From: Acidobacteriaceae bacterium
Lineage (GTDB): Bacteria; Acidobacteriota; Terriglobia; Bryobacterales; Bryobacteraceae
Assembly: GCA_025360145.1 (NCBI GenBank)
Contig: JANYCV010000437.1
Location: 1-56,772 of the forward strand
Direction: 5' to 3'
Length of the DNA: 56,772 nt
Under the pieces are notes generated by a model. That model was not told where the DNA came from. It searched no databases and saw only the letters and a program-made list of their open reading frames with translations. The position numbers were made by a program, and so were the translations under genes. The number at the start of each line of letters is the position of its first letter. The first letter of the stretch is position 1. This document shows, one piece after another, positions 16,733 to 25,877 of this stretch.

Positions 16733-19468
16733 CTACCGTCCAGCCGCAGCTTCCACCGCTTCCAGTTCCTTGCCCGCCTCGGCCCACTTGCCCTGGGAGG
16801 ACAGTTCGCGATAGCGCTTCAAGTGATTCCGGACTGCATCCAGGCGCGGATCTCCCGTCGGCCTGGCCTCCACCGCCGCGGGCACCTTAGACGTTGTCAC
16901 CTGAGTGGTCTCCGATGCCGGCAACACTCCGCCCGCCAACTCCGCCAACGCCTGTTCATAGGTATCCCGGTAGATGATCGTGTTCCCCATGGCGATCACC
17001 ACCTTCTTTAGCTGCGGCATCCGCGCCTGCGAACTTTGGATATAGATCGGCTGTACATAAAGGAACGTATCCTCGATCGGCAGCACCAGCACCTGTCCGC
17101 GCAACACCGACGACCCCTGCTGATTCCATAGCGTCAGGTCCTTGGAGATGTTCTGGTCCGAATCGATCCTCGCTTCAATCTGCAGCGGCCCATACATCAG
17201 GCTCTGCTTCGAGAGCAACAGCACCACGATCTCCCCCAAATGCTCGCCGTCGCACCGGGCCATCATCAGGCCAATGAGGTTGTCCTTACTCCGCGGCGTG
17301 AACGATTGCATCAGTAGAAACTCGGATTCAGTCTCTCCCGGCACCGTCGCAATCACGTACGTCGGCTGCGCGTTGTCGGTCTGCTTGCCTTGGCCGGATG
17401 CATTCTTGGCGATGTCCCACAGATCCTCCTTATTGTAAAAAGAATCGGGGTTCTGTATGTGGTAAGTCCGATAGATCTCGGCTTGCGCGCGGAACAGCAG
17501 TTCCGGGTAGCGGACATGCTTCCGTAGATCCGGCGCCATTTCCGACGACGGCAGGAACAGCTTCGGAAAAATCGCCTGCCAGGCCTGAATGATCGGATCC
17601 GCGGTATCGAACACATAGAGCGACACATGGCCGTCGTAGGCGTCCACCGTCGCTTTCACGGAGTTCCGTATGTAGTTTACGGGTCCCGCCTCGCCGAGTT
17701 GCACCATCCGCGAATAGGGGTGATTGTTCGATGTGGTGTAACCATCCACCATCCAGACCATGCGGCCCGTATCGGTGACGACCATGTATGGGTCGCCATC
17801 CCATTCAATGAAATTCGCGATGGTCTCCAGCCGGTGCCGCACGTCGCGGCGGATTAACATGCGGCTCTCGCCGGTAAGGTAGCTGGTGAGCAGAATCTTC
17901 CAGTCGCCGTACTCCAGAGCGGCGGCGAGACGCATCGGGAAAGAGGCAATGGGGATTCCACCCTTCCCCTCGTATTGGCTGTGAACGTTGTCGGCGCCGG
18001 ACGGATAGTTGAACTCCGGCTGGCTGGTCCGCACGAATACCGGCTCGTGGGTCTGCTCGCCATAGTACAGTTCCGGACGCGTCAGCTTCAGGCTGGGCGT
18101 GTTCACCTTCGGGGGTGCATCCTGAATAATGAGCTGCGGCTGGCCGCTGGGTGTAATCCGGTTCGCTTCAGCCATAACCAGGCCGTATCCGTGAGTGTAG
18201 ATGAAATGGGGGTTGATCCAATTGCGGGCATCCGCCAGTTGCTCCACGTCAATCTCCCGGGCGGCCAGCATCACCTGGCGAAGTTGACCGTCGATCTGGT
18301 AGCGATCCACGTCGGTACTCTTGAATGTGTAATACTGCCGCAAGGCTTGGATCTGCGTGATGGTGTCGTGAAAGGCGCGCCAGTCCCAGAGGCGCACATT
18401 ATCGAGTGCCTGCTTGTGCTTCGCCACATCGATCCGCGATTCCAATTTCGCCGGATACTGCTTCTCGATTACCTTCCCCTCGATGCCAAAAGCGGCACGA
18501 GTGGCCGCGATGTGCCGGACGATATACGGCCGCTCCATCGAGATCTCATTCGGACGCACATACACCGCGGACACGATGCCCGGGATGATGAATTGCAGAG
18601 CCGGCACAATCACCAGCGCGGCGGCGAAACGAAGACGTCCGATCCAGACCAAAACGATCGCGATCGCGCAGGCTATGATCGAAGCCCATCGCAATGGAAG
18701 ATCGATGTTCTCATTCACGTAGTTGATTCCGACCATGAAGCAATGGTCGTTCAGCAGCATGCTGTACCGGCTGAGATAGAAGCGGCCGGCCATCGCCATT
18801 AGCAGCACCGTCGCCGCGCCGCGCAGATAAAACGACTCCATCGCACCTTGCAGGCGAAGGTCGCGCAGATCGAATGCCAACCCTTCTTCCCTTACCTTCG
18901 GGAACACATGACGCAGTTGCCATCCACGGGCCGTCAACCAGTAGACCAGCAGCGCGAAGAAGGTGATGCCGACCACCAGGCCCAGTAGATCGGAGTAGAA
19001 CGGAAGATCGAACAAATAAAAGGGTAGTGCCTGGCCGAAGACCGGATCGCGCCAGCCTGTAACGTTAGCCGCAGCGTTAGCCGCCACCGAACGGCCGCCC
19101 AGGTAACGAACCACCGTCCAGGAGTCGATGCTGCCCAGCGCGATGAAGATCGAAAGCAGGAAGATTCCAACAGTGGATAGCCGGGCGTACAGCGGAAAGT
19201 CGCCCAGCCGCGCACCGGCGAACTTCACGCCGCGCGCATGGCCAATCCACAACACAACGAATACCAGAAGTGTCGCCGCCACCAGTGGCCCGATGCCGTA
19301 GAGCAGCATGCTGGTCCAGGTACCCACTTGGTCCAGTTCCTTCCACCACTTGTATTCGATGGTGTAGGAAGCGATGCTTCGCGAACCGATCAGAAGAGCA
19401 AACAGCAGCGCGATGACAAAGAACTTCCGCTGCGGTCTCGGGCTTCGCGGGATCTCTCTCAGTACCAT
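16733..19468 (-). CDS. UPF0182-family large membrane protein
   Basis: 911 aa, with a multi-TM N-terminal third followed by a large soluble part. Length and architecture are typical of UPF0182 (COG1615). Confidence 0.75.
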   Translation of the reverse strand: MVLREIPRSPRPQRKFFVIALLFALLIGSRSIASYTIEYKWWKELDQVGTWTSMLLYGIGPLVAATLLVFVVLWIGHARGVKFAGARLGDFPLYARLSTVGIFLLSIFIALGSIDSWTVVRYLGGRSVAANAAANVTGWRDPVFGQALPFYLFDLPFYSDLLGLVVGITFFALLVYWLTARGWQLRHVFPKVREEGLAFDLRDLRLQGAMESFYLRGAATVLLMAMAGRFYLSRYSMLLNDHCFMVGINYVNENIDLPLRWASIIACAIAIVLVWIGRLRFAAALVIVPALQFIIPGIVSAVYVRPNEISMERPYIVRHIAATRAAFGIEGKVIEKQYPAKLESRIDVAKHKQALDNVRLWDWRAFHDTITQIQALRQYYTFKSTDVDRYQIDGQLRQVMLAAREIDVEQLADARNWINPHFIYTHGYGLVMAEANRITPSGQPQLIIQDAPPKVNTPSLKLTRPELYYGEQTHEPVFVRTSQPEFNYPSGADNVHSQYEGKGGIPIASFPMRLAAALEYGDWKILLTSYLTGESRMLIRRDVRHRLETIANFIEWDGDPYMVVTDTGRMVWMVDGYTTSNNHPYSRMVQLGEAGPVNYIRNSVKATVDAYDGHVSLYVFDTADPIIQAWQAIFPKLFLPSSEMAPDLRKHVRYPELLFRAQAEIYRTYHIQNPDSFYNKEDLWDIAKNASGQGKQTDNAQPTYVIATVPGETESEFLLMQSFTPRSKDNLIGLMMARCDGEHLGEIVVLLLSKQSLMYGPLQIEARIDSDQNISKDLTLWNQQGSSVLRGQVLVLPIEDTFLYVQPIYIQSSQARMPQLKKVVIAMGNTIIYRDTYEQALAELAGGVLPASETTQVTTSKVPAAVEARPTGDPRLDAVRNHLKRYRELSSQGKWAEAGKELEAVEAAAGR

Positions 19469-19484
19469 AATTTAGACTCCGGTA

Positions 19485-20768
19485 TTACTCGGCCTGCCAG
19501 ACGATTGAACCGTTTACGATTGTTGCCACAGCGCCCCCGCGGAACTGGCGTCCGTCAAACGGGGAATTCCTGCTCTTCGAATGCGACCGGTTTACATCAT
19601 ACGTCCATTTCCGGTCCGGATCAAAAATAGTGACGTCCGCAATGCCGCCAACCGCCAGCGCGCCGCGGTCCTTCAGTTGCAGAACATTCGCCGGACCGGT
19701 GGTATAGAGCGCAATCATCTTCATCAACGAAATCCTGCCTGTGTGTACAAGTTCATCGGTGGTCAGGCCGATCGCGGTTTCAAGGCCGGTGATGCCGAAC
19801 GGGCACTTCTCAAACTCCTGCATTTTCTCGCTGCCGGGATGCGGAGCGTGATCGGTCGCAAGCACGTCGATAGCTCCGGACACAATTCCGTCCACCACCG
19901 CGTGTACATCTTCCTTGGATCGCAGCGGCGGCTTCATCTTGTAATTGCTGTCGTACGGTAGCATATCGGCATCGGCTATCGCGAAATGATGCGGGGTGGA
20001 TTCGCACGTTACCTTCAATCCCCGCGCCTTCGCAAAAGCCACCATCGCCACCGAGTTCCGCGCGGAGATATGGGCCACGTGAAAGCGCGCGCCTGTTACT
20101 TCAGCCAGCAGGATGTCGCGCGCCACCATCACATCTTCTGAACACGACGGAATGCCGCGTAGACCAAGCTTCACCGATTCCAGCCCTTCGTGCATGTCGC
20201 CGCCGGCGCTGAGATGGAGGTCTTCGCAATGATCGATCACTGGCAGATCGAACGCACTCGCCGTCTCCATGGCGCGCCGCATCACGCGTGCGTTCATCAC
20301 CGGCCTTCCATCGTCTGAAATTGCAACCACGCCGGCTGCTTTCATGGAACCGATGGCCGCCAGCTCTTCTCCCGCGCTGCCCTTGGTAATCGCGCCGATG
20401 GGAAACACGTTCACCACCGCCCGCAGCCGGGCACGCTCCACAATGTAGCTGGTGACGGTGGCGCTATCGTTCACCGGATTTGTATTCGGCATGCAGCAGA
20501 TAGACGTAAAGCCGCCCGCCGCCGCCGCACGGGAGCCGCTCTCAATGGTCTCGGCATGTTCGAAACCCGGATCACGCAGGTGGACGTGCATGTCGATGAA
20601 CCCGGGGGCGACAATCATTCCGGACGCGTCGAACTGCACAACGCCGGCGGAGGAAAGATTTGCGCCGATGCCGGCGACGCGGCCGTCCACCAGCAGAACA
20701 TCCGCCGTGCGATCGAAACCACTGGCGGGGTCCATCACCCGCCCATTCTTGATTAGAAGTTTTCCCAT
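19485..20768 (-). CDS. pyrC: Dihydroorotase
   Basis: GFIDMHVHLRDPG, the amidohydrolase metal-binding motifs, and ATDHAPH. Confidence 0.9.
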   Translation of the reverse strand: MGKLLIKNGRVMDPASGFDRTADVLLVDGRVAGIGANLSSAGVVQFDASGMIVAPGFIDMHVHLRDPGFEHAETIESGSRAAAAGGFTSICCMPNTNPVNDSATVTSYIVERARLRAVVNVFPIGAITKGSAGEELAAIGSMKAAGVVAISDDGRPVMNARVMRRAMETASAFDLPVIDHCEDLHLSAGGDMHEGLESVKLGLRGIPSCSEDVMVARDILLAEVTGARFHVAHISARNSVAMVAFAKARGLKVTCESTPHHFAIADADMLPYDSNYKMKPPLRSKEDVHAVVDGIVSGAIDVLATDHAPHPGSEKMQEFEKCPFGITGLETAIGLTTDELVHTGRISLMKMIALYTTGPANVLQLKDRGALAVGGIADVTIFDPDRKWTYDVNRSHSKSRNSPFDGRQFRGGAVATIVNGSIVWQAE

Positions 20769-20790
20769 GCGAAGTTTCTATTGGACGTTT

Positions 20791-21699
20791 CTATTGCAGG
20801 ATCTTTTCGAGCACGGCCATCCGGACCGAAATGCCGTTTTCCACTTGATTGAGAATCACCGAGCGCTGCGAATCGGCGACGTCGGACGAGATTTCGCGTC
20901 CGCGATTGATCGGACCGGGGTGCATCACGATGACGTCCGGCCTGGCCAACTCCAGGTGCTCCAACCGCAGACCGTAGAAGCGGAAGTACTCGCCGACCGG
21001 GTACGAGGTCTCATGCTGACGTTCCAGTTGGACGCGAAGCATCATTATCACGTCGGCATCGCGAATGGCTTCGCGGATGTTGTGTTCCAGTGTTACCCCT
21101 GGTGCGATTTCCGCCAACTCGCGAGGCAACAGCGACGGCGGTCCGCAGAGCACAATTTCCACGCCGAACTTCGACAGCAGATGTATGTTCGACCGCGCCA
21201 CGCGGCTGTGTGCAATGTCGCCAATGATGGCGACGCGAAGTCCGTCCAGCCGGCCGCGCCGGTCGAGAATCGTGCGCGCATCCAGCAGTGCCTGCGTGGG
21301 ATGCTCATGCGTGCCGTCGCCCGCATTCACAATGGGCGTGGGCAGGTAGCGGGAGAGAAAATGCGGTGCGCCCGATGCCCCATGGCGCATCACGATGGCG
21401 TCCGGACGCATGGCGGCAAGCGTATTGAGCGTATCCACCAGCGATTCGCCTTTCGAAACGCTGGATCCCGAAGCGGTGATGGAAACCGAGTCCGCGCCCA
21501 GCCGTTTGGCGGCAATCTCAAAGCTGATACGCGTACGCGTCGAAGCTTCAAAAAACAGGTTCACCACCATCTTTCCCCGCAGGGTATCGAGTCGTTTGAA
21601 AGATTCGTTCTGCAAGGGCTGAAAATACTTGGCGCGATCGAGAATCACTTCAATCTCGGGACGTTCCAGCCCCTGAATTCCGAGCAGACCCTGATTCAT
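20791..21699 (-). CDS. pyrB: Aspartate carbamoyltransferase catalytic subunit
   Basis: [21 protein letters not shown] and MHPGPINRG motifs. Confidence 0.9.
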   Translation of the reverse strand: MNQGLLGIQGLERPEIEVILDRAKYFQPLQNESFKRLDTLRGKMVVNLFFEASTRTRISFEIAAKRLGADSVSITASGSSVSKGESLVDTLNTLAAMRPDAIVMRHGASGAPHFLSRYLPTPIVNAGDGTHEHPTQALLDARTILDRRGRLDGLRVAIIGDIAHSRVARSNIHLLSKFGVEIVLCGPPSLLPRELAEIAPGVTLEHNIREAIRDADVIMMLRVQLERQHETSYPVGEYFRFYGLRLEHLELARPDVIVMHPGPINRGREISSDVADSQRSVILNQVENGISVRMAVLEKILQ

Positions 21700-21703
21700 A
21701 TCG

Positions 21704-21808
21704 AGTGGGTATCCCTTTCACTCAGCCATGGCTTTTGTGGTGCGGGCGAGGGCACCCGCCCTACAAGCCTCGCAGCATCCTGTCGGCTGAGTGAAAAGGA
21801 TACCCGCT
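21704..21808 (-). promoter_or_regulatory. Compound stem-loop (21-bp stem around a REP-like core) immediately 5' of pyrB
   Basis: The arms 21707..21727 and 21785..21805 pair at 20 Watson-Crick positions. The one remaining position is G-U in the sense (minus-strand) RNA. The 57-nt loop carries TTGTAGGGCGGGTGCCCTCGCCCGC. The 3' arm ends 7 nt before the pyrB AUG. Confidence 0.5.
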
Positions 21809-21819
21809 TCATAGTGTAA

Positions 21820-23232
21820 TTAGACCGCGCCCGCCGCGCGGGCCGACCGGTGATCCGGAATGGTAAATGAAAACGTGGAGCCCTCGCCGGGTTTCGATTC
21901 CACCCAGATGCGGCCGCCCTGACGCTCCACGATCTTCTTGCACATGGCGAGACCAATTCCGGTCCCTTCGTATTCGCGGCCGTGGAGGCGTTTGAATATT
22001 CCGAAGATCTGTTCGGAGTATTTGGCATCGATTCCAATCCCGTTGTCGGAGATGGAGAAAATCGTCTCCGAACCGTCATTCCGGGCACTGACATGCACCT
22101 CTGGTCTGCGCTCGCCGCGGTATTTGATTGCGTTCGCCAGCAGGTTCTGGAAGAGCTGCGAAAGCCGCATGGGATCGAATTCGATGGGCGGAAGCGGATC
22201 GTGAGTGATGGTGGCGCCCACATCGCCGATGGTGACCTTCAGATTCTGGAGCACCGTATTCAGCGTCTCCTCCGGATTCAATTCCCGCAACTTCCCGGCA
22301 GGCGTCTCGCCGGCCCTTGAGTAGGCCAGAAGGTCGCGGATCAGTGTGCTCATCCTCTTCACCCCGTCTACCGCGTAGTCGATGAACTGATCGGCGTCGC
22401 TATCCAGTTTTCCGTGGTACCGGCGCTTTAACAGCTCGGTATAGCTGGCCACCATTCTGAGCGGCTCCTGTAGATCGTGCGAGGCGACATAGGCGAACTG
22501 CTGCAAGTCTTCGTTGGACCGCCGCAGGGCTTCAGTACGTTGCTCCACCCGGCGCTCCAGGTCGGCGTTCAAATGGCGAATCCGTTCTTCTTCCCGCCGG
22601 CGCTCGTTGGCATCGTGCCTGATGAGTATGAATAGCGCCAAGACGAGAACGACATTGAGAACCAGCATCGCGGCGAAGACAAACATCGTGCGCCGGAAGT
22701 TCTTACTCTGAGTTGCGGTGCGCTCCTTCAGCAGCCGTGCTTCCTCCGCCATCAGCCCTTCCACAACAGTGTTGATGTCGTCCATGGCGCGGGTACCCTT
22801 TTCGCTGAGTATCACCGCCGAAGCGGCAGCAACGCCTTCGGACTCGCGGATCTGGACCGCCTTCTGCATCTCTTCGAATTTTTGCGGGATCAGAGGTTCC
22901 AGAAGCTCAAACGAGTCCCGCTGGCGATGGCTCTCGCGTGTCATGAGTTTCAACTCAGCGATCTGTTTTTCAATCGCCGGAAGGCCCTGCTTAAACTGTT
23001 CCAGCAGCTTCCGGTCGCCCGTGAGAATGAACTCGCGTTCGGAAACTTCAATGTCCTTCAATTTGCTAACCAGGCGGGTGAGCTTCTTTTCGATTTCGTT
23101 GGTGTGCGCTACGTCGTCAGCCGATTCGATCAGATGCAAAGTGGTCCGGGCGGCGATCACGCAAAGCAGCAAAGGAAAGACGAGTAGAAGAACGAATCCA
23201 ACGCGAAACTTATCCTGAGAAGTCCACTTCAT
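21820..23232 (-). CDS. Orphan sensor histidine kinase (CHASE3-like sensor, HisKA, HATPase_c)
   Basis: TM segment, CHASE3-like block (DIEVSEREFILTGDRKLLEQFK), second TM and a coiled coil. H-box FAYVASHDLQEPLR; DNGIGI and GTGIGLAMCKKIV. No receiver gene is adjacent. Confidence 0.85.
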   Translation of the reverse strand: MKWTSQDKFRVGFVLLLVFPLLLCVIAARTTLHLIESADDVAHTNEIEKKLTRLVSKLKDIEVSEREFILTGDRKLLEQFKQGLPAIEKQIAELKLMTRESHRQRDSFELLEPLIPQKFEEMQKAVQIRESEGVAAASAVILSEKGTRAMDDINTVVEGLMAEEARLLKERTATQSKNFRRTMFVFAAMLVLNVVLVLALFILIRHDANERRREEERIRHLNADLERRVEQRTEALRRSNEDLQQFAYVASHDLQEPLRMVASYTELLKRRYHGKLDSDADQFIDYAVDGVKRMSTLIRDLLAYSRAGETPAGKLRELNPEETLNTVLQNLKVTIGDVGATITHDPLPPIEFDPMRLSQLFQNLLANAIKYRGERRPEVHVSARNDGSETIFSISDNGIGIDAKYSEQIFGIFKRLHGREYEGTGIGLAMCKKIVERQGGRIWVESKPGEGSTFSFTIPDHRSARAAGAV

Positions 23233-23244
23233 GACAACCGGGAG

Positions 23245-23799
23245 CTAGCCCCTAACCTTCTCTACCATTATTACCTTTTCCATGCCATCGATTTCCTGAA
23301 ACTTCACTTCGATGATCTCATTCTGTGTGGTTTGCACCATGCGGCCTACATACCGCGCTTCGATGGGCAATTCCCGATGGCCGCGATCGATCAATACGCA
23401 CAATTGCACGCGGGCCGGGCGTCCGTGATCGAATAAAGCATCCAGCGCCGCCCGAATGGTCCGTCCGGTGTATAGGACGTCGTCAAACAGGATAATGTCT
23501 TTTCCGGTAACCGGAAAGTTGATCTCGGTGGGATTCACTACCGGCTGGACCCCGACGGTAGAGAGATCGTCGCGGTAGAGATTGATATCCAGGATACCGA
23601 CCGGAACTTGCAGGTTTTCGAGGGCCGCAATCTTCTGGGCAATCCGCTGCGCCAGCGGGACGCCACGGCGGCGGATTCCGATGAAGGCAAGCTTCTGGAG
23701 ATCCTCGGCTTTTTCGAGAACTTCGTGCGCCAACCGGACCAGGGTCCGGTCTATTTCAGAAGCACTCATCAATTGCGTCTTTTCGCGTATCGAGGTCAT
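23245..23799 (-). CDS. pyrR: Bifunctional pyrimidine operon regulator / uracil phosphoribosyltransferase PyrR
   Basis: 184 aa. GIRRRGVPLAQRI and the PRPP-binding loop ILFDDVLYTGRTIRAA. Confidence 0.9.
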   Translation of the reverse strand: MTSIREKTQLMSASEIDRTLVRLAHEVLEKAEDLQKLAFIGIRRRGVPLAQRIAQKIAALENLQVPVGILDINLYRDDLSTVGVQPVVNPTEINFPVTGKDIILFDDVLYTGRTIRAALDALFDHGRPARVQLCVLIDRGHRELPIEARYVGRMVQTTQNEIIEVKFQEIDGMEKVIMVEKVRG

Positions 23800-23827
23800 A
23801 GGCGGAGAATTCCCAGGCTAACACACG

Positions 23828-24157
23828 CTAGTATTTCTTGAGCCGCGAGCGTATCCGTTTGGTCAGTTTTTCAATGTTATCGAGTTGCTTCAGCGTGCCG
23901 ACGGAAAGAACGTGGCGGCCGGTTTTCTCAAGGTCCATCTTCAGATCTTCGGCAGCCTTCAACAGAGACGCTGCATCTTCCAGGGACTTTTCATAGTCGG
24001 CCTTGAGTATCTCATCCTTCTGCATTTTACCGCTGGGAAGGCGTATATCTTCCGGTTCTTTTTCGATACGGCTTTGCGGCTGCTGGGCAGGCACCGGAAC
24101 CATCGTGAAGCTGAGTAGAACGGCGATGAGGCGGAACATGGAATGTACAGACATCAT
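23828..24157 (-). CDS. Small secreted helical hypothetical protein (start uncertain)
   Basis: Signal peptide MFRLIAVLLSFTMVPVPAQQ, then a charged helical region. The stop is 28 nt upstream of pyrR on the same strand. Possible starts are at 24157, 24154 or 24139. Confidence 0.5.
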   Translation of the reverse strand: MMSVHSMFRLIAVLLSFTMVPVPAQQPQSRIEKEPEDIRLPSGKMQKDEILKADYEKSLEDAASLLKAAEDLKMDLEKTGRHVLSVGTLKQLDNIEKLTKRIRSRLKKY

Positions 24158-24292
24158 ATCCGCGGCGTACCCTGATTGCATGGAGGCTTTCCGGTGGCCG
24201 GTAATATTTTCCGGACGCCGTGACACACGCGCCCGGTATCCACTTAAAGTTTTACGTCCAGATAAATATCACGCGTTACCAAATTCTTTATT

Positions 24293-24320
24293 AAAAAAAG
24301 GCAACTCATGGCAGGTTGCC
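24293..24320 (-). terminator. Intrinsic terminator on the minus strand with no annotated upstream gene
   Basis: The minus-strand RNA reads GGCAAC-CUGCCAUGA-GUUGCC followed by UUUUUUU. It sits in an AT-rich patch, 67 nt or more upstream of the 23828..24157 gene. Confidence 0.55.
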
Positions 24321-24500
24321 GTGTTCGAACTCTCAGAGGCTTCACTACCACTGGGGTGAAGCGAAACTGAATTGCCCGTGAATGATTGTCAGCCGTTGGC
24401 TTGCAGTCACTCACGCTGATGCTGCCCTGCCCTCGCGAGGCTCGGCGCGTACTTGCAAACGCAGTATAAACCGCCTAACCGCAAACAAGGAGATCTATTC

Positions 24501-25415
24501 ATGAGCCGTATCTCGTCTTTCGTTCTTGCATCGTTTTTTACGTTCTCTTTCACGTCGATAACTGCCTACGGGCAAACCTCCGTGACGGGCACCGCCGCAC
24601 CCAGTCTGAAATCGTTGTCGCTGGAGTCCGTTGTTCCTATTGGGAACGTAGACTCCACCATCGCGCCGAATATCCCGGCATCGCTGCTTTCCGCACTCAC
24701 CGGCGGAACGATGGAACTGCGCCAGCAACTGAACTACAACGCCGCCGCCAAGACTTTAATGGTCACCGGCATTTCGGAAGCACCGGGCTCCCCATTGCCT
24801 ACGTCTTCCGCTGCAACTGGGGTTACCACACTGTGGACCTATACCGTCAATGTGGACCGGGTCGAGATGACGGCGAAGCCCGGGAATGCTGTCGTGTTTT
24901 TGGGCAGCGTCGCCAGTGGTTCGTCAAGCACGCCGTTTGGAGACATTTCCGGTGCGCTTGCCACCATCTCGGCCGGATATCTGGCCCCCGCCGGCACCTC
25001 TTCCTCCATTACTTTTGCGGGAATTTCCACCAGCATCGCCGGCTTGGCGTCACTTTTCTCCAGTCAAGGCTTAGGGACAATGGTGTTGGGCAGCAGTCCA
25101 AGCGGCGGTGTTCCCGTGGCGGTTGCGGGGCCGAAGAATTTTATCAGCGGAACCCCCCAGTTTCAACTCGACGGCACGCATTCCACCGATCCAAGTGGCG
25201 GCACAGTAACCTACCATTGGACGTTTGTTCCGTTCTTCGGCACAACGGCCAACCTGGTGGGAGCGGATACGGCGAGCCCGACTGTGACCGTTCCGAGCTA
25301 CTCCGACGCGGCAGGCGACTACACCTTCCAACTGATGGTATCCAACTCAGCCGGGCTATCGGCTACCGATACAGTGACGGTCACCTACTCGCCAGGCCAC
25401 ACCGACAATCCGTAA
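24501..25415 (+). CDS. Secreted Ser/Thr/Gly-rich protein with a C-terminal PKD-like domain
   Basis: The ATG at 24501 is preceded by AAGGAG. Signal peptide MSRISSFVLASFFTFSFTSITAYG. The C-terminus (PVAVAGP...LDGTHSTDPSGGTVTYHWTF...GDYTFQLMVSNSAGLSATDTVTVTY) is PKD-like. Confidence 0.65.
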   Translation: MSRISSFVLASFFTFSFTSITAYGQTSVTGTAAPSLKSLSLESVVPIGNVDSTIAPNIPASLLSALTGGTMELRQQLNYNAAAKTLMVTGISEAPGSPLPTSSAATGVTTLWTYTVNVDRVEMTAKPGNAVVFLGSVASGSSSTPFGDISGALATISAGYLAPAGTSSSITFAGISTSIAGLASLFSSQGLGTMVLGSSPSGGVPVAVAGPKNFISGTPQFQLDGTHSTDPSGGTVTYHWTFVPFFGTTANLVGADTASPTVTVPSYSDAAGDYTFQLMVSNSAGLSATDTVTVTYSPGHTDNP

Positions 25416-25643
25416 TGACAATCTGTTGGAACAGCGCCGGCGGCCGAGAAAACCCCGCTTCGACCGCCGGCGGAGGGAGAAGGACTGCTACCCATATTTG
25501 GGGTTACGGACTCTAGTACAACTTGGCCAGGGAATAGTACCTCTTGCATTGCTCCAGGTGAGAAATCAGCAAGATTCTAAGTGAGAAATCAGCCGGACAG
25601 GTGTTTCAATCCGCGGAATTTGGCACATAATAGGGGTACGCTT

Positions 25644-25814
25644 ATGAGAAAAATCCTGGTCATTATCTTCCTCTGCTGTCTGCCTCTGGCCTTCGCTGGG
25701 ATCGGCGATCCGGGTTCGACATCGGCATTGCAGCCCGTCTGGATTCAAATGTTAATGCTCTTCGCTATGCTGCTGGTCGGTATTACGTCCCGCCAGATCT
25801 CGCGCATACGCTAA
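25644..25814 (+). CDS. 56-aa protein with a signal peptide, C-terminal TM helix and basic tail
   Basis: MRKILVIIFLCCLPLAFAG...PVWIQMLMLFAMLLVGITSRQISRIR. The architecture resembles a sorting-tag mini-protein, but no canonical PEP motif is present. Confidence 0.35.
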   Translation: MRKILVIIFLCCLPLAFAGIGDPGSTSALQPVWIQMLMLFAMLLVGITSRQISRIR

Positions 25815-25877
25815 TTTCGGTTCTCCTCACCGTGCCGCCCTTGTTATACTTGCGGATTCAGACAAGGAGAACTCCAG

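Noticed and set aside
20452-21819. 455-aa ORF on the plus strand
   Set aside because: It is antisense to pyrC and pyrB, which are clearly real. Composition is Arg-rich and low complexity.
24328-24345. PyrR-binding-loop-like sequence CUCAGAGGCUUC
   Set aside because: It resembles the consensus CCAGAGAGGCU only partly and lacks one GA. It also reads that way only on the plus strand, opposite to the pyr genes. This is not enough to call a PyrR attenuator.
25644-25814. Calling the 56-aa protein a PEP-CTERM exosortase substrate
   Set aside because: It has the TM-plus-basic-tail layout, but the PEP motif is absent (it reads ALQPVW). No exosortase gene is in the window.
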